NCBI GenBank assembly: GCA_964016885.1
Contig: OZ024743.1
Location: 128,712,001-128,776,000 of the forward strand
DNA length: 64,000 bases
DNA from: Eledone cirrhosa
Lineage: Eukaryota
Reading direction: 5' to 3'
Under the pieces are notes generated by a model. It saw only the letters and a program-made list of their open reading frames with translations, made no database searches and was not told the origin of the DNA. Position numbers and translations under genes: made by a program. Positions 54,863 to 64,000 of this stretch are shown here, in pieces; within the stretch, counting starts at the first letter, position 1, and the number at the start of each line of letters is the position of its first letter.

Positions 54863-56097
54863 GTGGCTGCCAACTCGTTTTCGAGTACGGCCACTACTTT
54901 ATATCCATGTAGGAGAACCCCTACGATGCGCTGAACGAGTGTGACTTTTTAGTCCAGCCAGCGACTTGAAAACTCTGGTACAAACACTACACTTGTGACA
55001 ATTATTGACACACAGTGCTGGGCCCATGGTACCATGTGACGACAAGTGCAGAGAGATCTCCAGATATAAAGCAATGCCTGTGCCGTGAAGCTTTTATAGT
55101 GAGCAAAGGCACTGCACAAAGCCAGTCCCACTCTCTTAACCAAGATGATATTTACCAAAAAGAAGAACAAGTCAACATCATTGGATACCATCAGGGTTGC
55201 AGGTGTTATATCTGAGTTTTCCTTCTCCTAGAATTCTGCCTTGACAAAGGCTAAGGGGTCATTTCTCCCGGTGATTTTGGATTGCCATTGACTCCCAAGA
55301 GCTCCTTTGCCTTTTGACGGGTTTTGTTTTTAGTCCTGCAGGATGTCCATACATATATACATACATACATATATACATATATACATATATATACATACAT
55401 ATATATACATACAGATACTGAAGATGCATAGCTTAGTGTTCAGGGAGCTCGGCTCATGATAGTAATACATCAGTCTACTCAGCAGGAAACAACGAGTTGT
55501 ACATATAATTGAAAGGATCAGCCTTGTCACATTCTACTGAGGTTTAAGTTAAGGGTTGACGTATCTGTTGAATACTCAGCCCCTTCTAATTTCACGAGAA
55601 GGCTGTTCCGTTGTTCGAAGAACTGAAACACACGTCGTCCGAACCGACGGAGGTCCATCACAACACATGCTGACATACATACACAGACATATACAAAAGC
55701 CTCTTGATAAAGGCCCCCACCCAGTTGTATCAATATCAGGAAGAAAAGACCTAGGAAACCCGAAACGTCTTCTCACATGTTTCTAGGTTAATGAATGGAA
55801 TGACAATACCCCTGCACCTGGGCCAGTGCCTCTCTATCCCTGTATGTATGGGTGGGGAAGTATGTATGGGATCGGATGTGTGTGGATTAATGTACATGTT
55901 GACAAGACGCAGAGGTTGCTGACTGGTTAAGAAGCTCGCTTCACAATCATGAGATCCCGGATTCAATCCCAATTACTTTTAAACATTCTTTTTTCTTTAT
56001 TGAGAAAACGAGATGGCCGAAATCCATTTTAGCTGGAATGTAGAATGTTGTCGATACATTGTCTGATTCTACTACCTTACACATCTTGTTACGAGGT

Positions 56098-56142
56098 GGC
56101 CGCGTGAACCAATGGATAAGGCGTCTGACTTCGAATCAGAAG
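56098..56142 (+). pseudogene. tRNA-Arg(TCG) 5' fragment
   Basis: GGCCGCGTGAACCAATGGATAAGGCGTCTGACTTCGAATCAGAAG; T arm and 3' acceptor strand absent. Confidence 0.8.
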
Positions 56143-56279
56143 GTACCAAGCAGTGGAATCAAACCCAGATAAAGCTAGTGGTCACAGCAAGCATCTCCTT
56201 TTTCTATGTTTGACTACCAGACATGTTTATAAATAACCATTATATTTTTAACACAGGATTGTTGAGGAGATATGGATTA

Positions 56280-57230
56280 ACAAGGATTTTGATTCGATCG
56301 ATCGAAAGAATATGCTCAACATTCTTCTGGCGTATGGGATACCTCATTAGATTGTGAATGCAATTAAAGTCATGTAGGAGAATACTTCAGTACATATAAT
56401 GAGACCCAGAAGAAAATCAGACCTATTCTTCATTGATACCGGAGTCTTTCCGGGAGATCCTCCGGTTCCTTTCCTTTTTGTGATAAGCATTTATTTATGC
56501 GCTGCATAAGGCCATTACACTATTAGACGGGATAACGCTGAAAAGTCGGCAAAGTACCCAGCATACTTAGGAAGTTCTGCCTGAAATGGCCTACGCAGAT
56601 GATATAACTCTCCAGGAAAACACCAGCAAAGAAGCTGAAGACGTGTTACACAGAGTGGAGGCTGCAGCACAGTCCATTGGACTCTTCATGAATGCTGACA
56701 AAACAAAATTCATGGACATCAATGCAATGTCAAATGAGCAAATACATTCGCCAGACGGTTCTTATACCTTGGCAGTTCCATGATCACAGAGCACGATGTG
56801 AGCACTTGGATACACAAGGAATGGATGGTTCTCAACTCCCTATCGAAGGAGTAGGTATCTCCGATTAAGAAAACAATGAAAATGAGGCTATGCAAAGCAA
56901 CAGTTGAGTCAATTCTCCTCTACAGACGAAAGTCATGGACATTAACTAAAACACTTATAAAGATCAATGGCACATTCACGCGAATGCTGAGAAAGGTCCA
57001 GAGCATCTCCTGGAAAACACATGTAACAAATATATCGCTCTACGGTTCACACTCTTGCCTTTCTGACAAAATACGCCGGATATGTACCTACTGGCAGAGT
57101 TTTTTTCTGGATCCAGATGTATGCAGACGAGTTGAGTGACCAACAACCACACTGAACGATGTTTTTGAAGATGATACCGGGCTGGAGGCAAGGGAATTTC
57201 AGACAGTAATACTGGACAGAGTGAGCTAGA
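56280..57230 (+). mobile_element. Decayed RTE-like LINE RT fragment
   Basis: ILLAYGIP, TGVFPGD, AYADD, ESILLY..SWTLTK and GTFTRMLR motifs with stops and frameshifts. Confidence 0.8.
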
Positions 57231-57339
57231 GGAGAACATTTGTCTTGGCACCGGTAACGGATGTGGAGAAGATTATTTAAAGAAAACGAAGTATTTTGAT
57301 TGTGTTTATCAATTCTAATTCCTCATTTTGTTACGAGGT

Positions 57340-57384
57340 GGCCGCGTGAACCAATGGATAAGGCGTCTGACTTCGAATCAGAAG
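57340..57384 (+). pseudogene. tRNA-Arg(TCG) 5' fragment, second copy
   Basis: Identical to 56098-56142, within a 166-bp direct repeat. Confidence 0.8.
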
Positions 57385-58505
57385 GTACCATGCAGTGGAA
57401 TCAAACCCAGATAAAGCTAGTGGTCACAGCAAGCAACTCCTTTTTCTATGTTTGACTACCAGACATGTTTATAAATAACCATTATATTTTTAAAATCTAA
57501 ATGAAAAGAAAACAAAGCATTTTGTTCGTGTTTATCAATCATATATGAAAAGAAAACCTTTAAAGAAAGCGAAACATTGTATGAGTTATTAAACCTGTAG
57601 TTACTGCGTTTTTCTACAACAAACAATCCAGACCCCTTCGTCAGTAAACTAACTTATTTCAGTTTATGCAGTGTTTGCACTTAATCGTTACTGATGTAGG
57701 CCAACACTAGCTTCGTCTGGGTTTGATCCCACTGCATGGTATCTTGGGCAGGTGTCATTTACCATAGCCTTGAGTCGACCCAAGATTTGTGAGTGAAAAT
57801 GAATGGGTGGAAACTGCAGAAGCTCGTCGGATGGGATGTACTTATAATTCAATAGTCCAGCCTTGCAACATGTAGTCACACGGAATTCTGTCTAAAAATT
57901 GTGTTAGCGGTACACATTTCTATAGAATGCTCAGCCACTTACGTTAGTTTTGGGAGAAGGGTGTTCTGTTGATAGAATAACTGAAAGACATGTAGTCGAC
58001 ACCCACTGAGATCCATTCCACAAAAATTATATTGTGGATCCAGATCGTACGTTGGGGGTACGTGTCTGTGAAATACTCAACCGTATACACGGTAATTCAT
58101 GAATTGGACAGAATGATCATCGTCGAAACTAACGGAGAATCCATCTTGTTGACAAGAGTAATTAGTGTCGGAGTGAAAAACACTGTTGTGTAAAAAGCGG
58201 CGAGTTGATGGAACGTAGGACAAAGTACCCTCCGAAATTTGTTCCGATGCTCTGCGCTCTAAGTTCAAATCTTACCGATGTCGACTTAGTCGTTCGTCCA
58301 TTAAGGGTCGATAAAACAAAGTGCCCGGATTGGCGGAATTGTTGAAAGTATTGAAAAGCAGTTCTCTAGTTTCAGGTTACATTCCTCCCTACCTCTTAGA
58401 AGCCCTTAGAAGACCTATAGGCATTACTCTTCCCTTACTATGGCGATAGATTGGTATGTATATATGTGTATGTGTGTGTGTATGTGTGTGTGTGTGCGTG
58501 TGCGT

Positions 58506-58567
<62 letters not shown>

Positions 58568-59713
58568 TGGTGTGTGTGTGTGTGTTTGTGGGTGTGCGTG
58601 TGTTTATGCATGTATGTGTGTATGTGTATAAATGAGTGCATGCAAACATATGTATGTATGCTTATGAAGGTATGTATGTATGTATGGCCGAAGGAATGTA
58701 TGTAAGTACGAAGATATGTATGAAGGTGTATGTATGTAAGAAGGTATGTATGTATAACCGAAGGAATGTATGTATGCATAAATGAGTGTAAAAACATTCA
58801 TACGTATGTATGTTCGTATGTATACACGTATGTGAGCGTAGAATCTGTATAAATTAACTGTGAACCAGATGGAGAGCATATGTCAACACTATTTGATCCC
58901 GTGAATCCCATTAAACAACCATTATAATAGTGTCTAAGACGAACACAAATTTGCCACACACACACACACACCACACACGCACACATACACACACACACAC
59001 ACACATCTATTTTAACCTTTTTGATACCATATTTCTAATGCTTATAATTTTCAAATAATTTTGAAAAGAGTCAAGAATTTGGAGGCATTTAGTAATATAA
59101 CTTTCCCGTCAGTAATCTGGTGTTTGGAGCATAACTTAACAACGTTTCTTACAAACCTATGATGGAAATTTGTTAGATAAATATTATATTCTTTAAGATA
59201 AGCAGTTTATTTGAGAACCAGAAGCTGTTTCAAGCGGAAATATTTATAGCTCATTAAAAAACATGAAACTTAACTGCGATAAGGAGGACGAAGCAAAAAA
59301 TAACGAGTATGCTGAGAAGAATTGATGTGGAGGTGATGATGAATCTCATTGAGTATATATACATGGAAATATATCAAATTTACGTATTTCCCTGTAGATT
59401 GAAAAAGATGATAAACATCATTAATCGGTTTTGACATTTATTCGGATCTCATCAGAAGGTGTATACATCGCCAAATAACCCCAAGGGAATATGTAACTGG
59501 TGGCTTTATAAAGCCTTCCAAATGTTGTAATAATAATCGTGAAAATGAATGTACTAATTTGTATATTGTTAGCGCCTGTGTTGATAGATAACTTCAATAA
59601 CTAAGCACTAATAATATGCAGATTTGTACCTCATTTCGCAAGTAGGCTGTTGTGATGATCAAACAATTGGAACACCAGCGGTCGGAACCAACGAAGATCC
59701 AACACACACATGT

Positions 59714-59831
<118 letters not shown>

Positions 59832-59890
59832 TTCGTTTCTGAATTTGTTTAGCAAGATTCTTTATCTGAAATCGTGGGTTGAAACCGATA

Positions 59891-60343
59891 TTGTTATACT
59901 TTGGGAGGGTCATGTTGACATTAAGAAACACACGCACCAGTTGCTTTCACTTCAATTTATTATATATTTATAAATTTACAAATTTACAAATTTATAAATT
60001 TCTGGTTGGTTGGTTGGTTCCACAACCAGATAGTTGTTTATATATAGTCATAGTCCTTTCGTCACACACTCTGTGACCTCTTCAGTGACTCGGGATTCCT
60101 TTCTTTGTTTCTGTGCCTTTCCTTTCTTCTGTCCTACGCCATTTTGTTTCACTGAAGAGGTCACAGAGTGTGTGACGAAAGGACTATGACTATATATAAA
60201 CAACTATCTGGTTGTGGAACCAACCAACCAACCAGAAATTTATAAATTTGTAAATTTGTAAATTTATAAATATATAATAAATTGAAGTGAAAGCAACTGG
60301 TGCGTGTGTTTCTTATTGGCAACATGACCCTCCCAAAGTATAA

Positions 60344-60346
<3 letters not shown>
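59891..60346. mobile_element. 198-bp inverted repeat ending at (AT)n; Penelope-like pLTR pair
   Basis: 59891-60088 is the reverse complement of 60149-60346; hammerheads at the inner ends. Confidence 0.8.
60046..60090 (-). ncRNA. Minimal type I hammerhead (plus-strand copy at 60149-60191 has truncated stem I)
   Basis: Minus strand: AGTCA-CTGAAGA-g-GTCACA-gagtg-TGTGAC-GAAA-GGAC-TA-TGACT. Confidence 0.75.
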
Positions 60347-60386
<40 letters not shown>

Positions 60387-60457
60387 TAGATAGATAGATA
60401 GATACTATTATTACTAGCACAGATTAAGAGTTTAAGCAAACAATTTCTGCTTTCACC

Positions 60458-60489
<32 letters not shown>

Positions 60490-60493
<4 letters not shown>

Positions 60494-60691
60494 CGAAGGA
60501 AATGTGGTAAGGAACCAGATGGACCATAACGCACCAAAGTAATCAATACTTAGGGTAGTAGAGTGGGTAATAGGAACGAGTAGGACCCCGACGGCTGAGC
60601 TCAAGCCGTTTCGACGGCTAATTCTGGACGCGTCCAGAGTTAGCCGTCGAAACGGCTTGAGCTCAGCCGTCGGGGTCCTACTCGTTCCTAT
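60490..60691. mobile_element. (AT)n-flanked element ending in a 122-bp palindrome (60570-60691); related copies at ~53478-53805 and ~63044-63232
   Basis: Palindrome centre GGACG|CGTCC; arms contain the hammerhead 3' half GAAA-CGGCT..AGCCG-TC-GGGG. Confidence 0.75.
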
Positions 60692-61995
60692 ATATATATA
60701 TATATACAGGTGGTGGAAGGGTGTGGAGCGTGTAGGGGTGGTGGTGGGTGGAGTGGGGAGAGGGAGACGGGGTGTCTGAGAGGGGAGGGCTGAAGGTGGT
60801 GTGTGTGTGTAGGTGTGTGTGTGTGTATGTGAAAGCAAGGGTTGGGGGAAGAACGGGGTTGCATGTTCAGGAAGAGGTGTGGGATGGGGTGTAGGTCGGA
60901 GTGTGTGTGCGTGTGTGGATAGAGGGGTGGGGGGAGAGGATTCCGGAGACTGAATGTGTAAATATGTGGTTGTACGCACGTGTGTGTGCGGTGTTTATGC
61001 GTGTTGTGGGTGTAGGTGGCGTGTGGGAAAAAAATATTTTGGGGGTGTGTGTGTGTGGGTGAGTCATAAAGGTAATTCCGTAAAAAGATGTGGTGGAATG
61101 CTTAGTAAAATCCTGGGATGTGGTGGATTCCGGAATCAAAGTTCACATACGTGTAATCCGTGAAGAGATTGGTCGGAAGAGGGGAGATGTGGGGTGCGCG
61201 CGCCTGCTTAAACCATTTTGTTTGTTTACCCTAGCGTTCCCTCTATTTACGTGTCCCAACGACTTTTTTTTAGCCGTTGCTCGCACCAACCTGAGGTATA
61301 TGGCCTTTAATGCGACGAAATGCCTACGACGGTTGGATGGCCACTGATGAGGACAAACTTTTTCATATGTAACCCATTTGCAGCGCCGCAGCTCCATTAT
61401 TATCATATTTACACATATATGTTTTCCTCCGCTGCCACCAGTCTGTTTCGTTCTTTGTGTCTTTACCCTTTCTAGCAGTCTCTCTCTCTGTTAGCCTCTT
61501 CCTCACCTTTCACCCACTCACTCTCTGTCACTACCTCTCCTCCTCCCCTTTCTTCCCGTTTGACCTGTCCGTAATCCTTTTCTCGCGGACACTTGGCCAA
61601 GCCGGTATGAATTTTTTTTCTCTCTCTCTCGTCTGCGACTTCACAGAACTTATGTTTACCGAATTCGCAGACCAGACCCCTTCTTCCTCCCGTTAGACCT
61701 GTGCGAAATTCCTTCCTTGCTCACATTTCAACCAGGTTTGATGGTCTTTATTCTCTCATTCACGATTCCACCGAATTTATATTCATAGACATCTGGGACT
61801 TGTTTCCTTCTTCATCACTTTCTGCTGCTTAAACCATTTTGTTTGTTTACCCTAGCGTCCCCTTTATTTACGTGTCCCAACGACTTTTTTTTAGCCGTTG
61901 CTCGCACCAACCTGAGGTATATGGCCTTTAATGCGACGAAATGCCTACGACGGTTGGATGGCCACTGATGAGGACAAACTTTTTCATATATATAT

Positions 61996-62063
61996 ATTTC
62001 AACTATTATTCATGTTAATCCAATAACAATAACTATTTCATAATTCATTATTATACCCTTCGT

Positions 62064-62127
<64 letters not shown>

Positions 62128-62195
62128 ACGAAGGGTATAATAATGAATTATGAAATAGTTATTGTTATTGGATTATCATGAATAATAGTTGAAAT
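61996..62195. repeat. ~72-bp inverted repeat flanking (AT)n
   Basis: ATTTCAACTATT...CCCTTCGTTAAAT-(AT)n-ATTTAACGAAGGG...AATAGTTGAAAT. Confidence 0.85.
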
Positions 62196-62974
62196 CACAA
62201 TAATAAGAAGAATAGGTGTAATAACGAAAATATAAAGAATAAATGATTTGGTTATATATAGTTTACTTCACGTGAATCAATTAAAAAGTACATATAAAAC
62301 TGTTACCAAGAGTTGTTAATGTTGTTATTGTTGCTGTTGTGGGGCTGTTGTAGTCTGTTGTTGTTGTTGGTGTGAAAACAGCGAGCGGCAGATAATTGTT
62401 GTTGTTGTTGGAATTTGGAGTCCGTGGTAGTAGTTGTGAGACCGTAGTTAGTGAGAGAGAGAGAGAGAGAGAGAGATATGGTTTGTATATCTCTAAATGG
62501 TCTGTAATTGGTTGGAGACCACTGTGGCGTGTACATGGTCTGTAGTAGTAGGGCTCAAATCTCTCTGTGTGTATCTGTAGGCCTCATGGGGTCTGTTGAT
62601 AGTGGTGAATCCTTTCATAGTTTGTTGTATGTCGTGGTGCTCCGATGTCTCTGTGTTTCTGTAGACCTCAAGGGCCTGAAGGTAGCGGTGAATCTTTACA
62701 TAGTTAGTTGTGTATCCTAGCGCTTCGATATCTCTGTGTCTGTAGACCCTTGGGGTCTATTGATAGCAGCAAATCCTTACATAGCTTGTTATAGGTGTAA
62801 TGCTCCGATGTATCTCCTTGAATGGGATGATAGCACAGGCTTAATATACCTGTCGCTTCCTGTCCACAACCTGAGGGGATAGTCAACACATCAACCTGTC
62901 TACACCAAAAAGGTGTCGACCTAGAATTTAACCTTTAGGTTACACCCAAAGTTCAAGGCGTGGACAGATTTCGC

Positions 62975-63045
<71 letters not shown>

Positions 63046-63324
63046 TCAGGCCCCCAACGGCTGAGCTCCAACCGTTTCGACAGCTAGATCCGAACAGGAT
63101 CTAGCTGTCGAAACGGCCGGAGCTCAGCCGTCGGGGTGCTGACTGTTTTCCTGTTACCCACTCTACTACCCTAAGTATTGAGTACTCTGGTGCATTATGG
63201 TCCACCTGGTATCTTGTCACACCCTCTTTGTTATATATATATATATATATATAAACTGTTGTATTGTGAAAAAGCAGCCCCCTTTTCACACTACAACAGT
63301 TTTTTACAGGCAGTCCGCGAGTCA

Positions 63325-63392
63325 AATTTTCATTTTTCATTTTTCATTTTTCATTTTTCATTTTTCAATTTTCATTTTTCATTTTTCAATTT
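63325..63392. repeat. (TTTTCA)n-like short tandem repeat
   Basis: Directly visible. Confidence 0.85.
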
Positions 63393-63602
63393 CCTATTCT
63401 CCTTTCCCTATCTTCCATGATAAGTTTGGGTTCAACCCTGTAATTCAGTCGAGGTTACCTGATGAGCACGTCCTGTCTTGTATCATAATTGGATGATGGA
63501 GCTGGGCCATTGAACATGTATAGTGATATCAAGGAATTAAAATTTTACTGCATATCTTCCAGTCCGGCCTTCTGTTGTCTTTTTATAATATATATTAATC
63601 TC

Positions 63603-63746
<144 letters not shown>

Positions 63747-64000
63747 CGTGTATGTGTGTGTGTGTGTGTGTACGTGTATGTGTGTGTGTGTGTGTGTGCG
63801 TGTGTGCGTGTGTGTGTGTATATGTGTGTATGTATACATATTTGTATATATATATATATTTAGGTTTGTTGGTTCACCACCGGATAGAATTGGTCATTCC
63901 GTATGGTCAATCTTGATGTAATATTATGGAAAGTACTCAACTTAGTGCAGTTGACCCGTCTTCGTTTGTGTAGTTGGTGGTGCGAATAGTTGGTGGTCCA

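Noticed and set aside
55414-55506. Hammerhead-like motif CTGAAGA..GAAACAACGAGTTGTA
   Set aside because: Stem III is plausible but stems I and II are weak; possibly a decayed copy, not called
60161-60979. 272-aa Pro/Thr/His-rich ORF
   Set aside because: Spans low-complexity GT-rich DNA, microsatellites and palindromes; no domain signal
63454-63527. Hammerhead-like motif GTTAC-CTGATGA..GAACATGTATA-GTGAT
   Set aside because: GAAA lacks one A and there is no convincing stem II

Overview
Eukaryotic, AT-rich, microsatellite-dense genomic DNA with no intact protein-coding gene. The SINEs resemble what I recall of octopus/cephalopod SINEs, so the host is an inference. The first ~23.6 kb is a tandem array of ~1.85-1.9 kb units, each carrying one tRNA-Lys(CTT) gene. 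There are 14 copies on +, of which 7 are intact; the array has a 5.63-kb three-unit higher-order duplication and decays toward its right edge. Three older, inverted copies follow at 28.6-31.4 kb and lack a ~450-bp insert found in the amplified units. The rest is retroelement debris: R4/Dong-like, CRE-like, Tx1-like and RTE-like LINE fragments, tRNA-derived SINEs, two non-autonomous Helitrons and a Tigger-like MITE. The most notable signal outside the ORF track is a dense set of type I hammerhead ribozyme motifs, read by eye, from at least 8 sequence-distinct loci. Many have palindromic stem III (dimer type) and non-canonical stem II bases. They lie in short non-coding elements next to (AT)n tracts, and often form inverted repeats whose fold-back point is at or inside the ribozyme, as expected for Penelope-like pLTRs or retrozymes. 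All structures were derived manually and need computational and biochemical confirmation.
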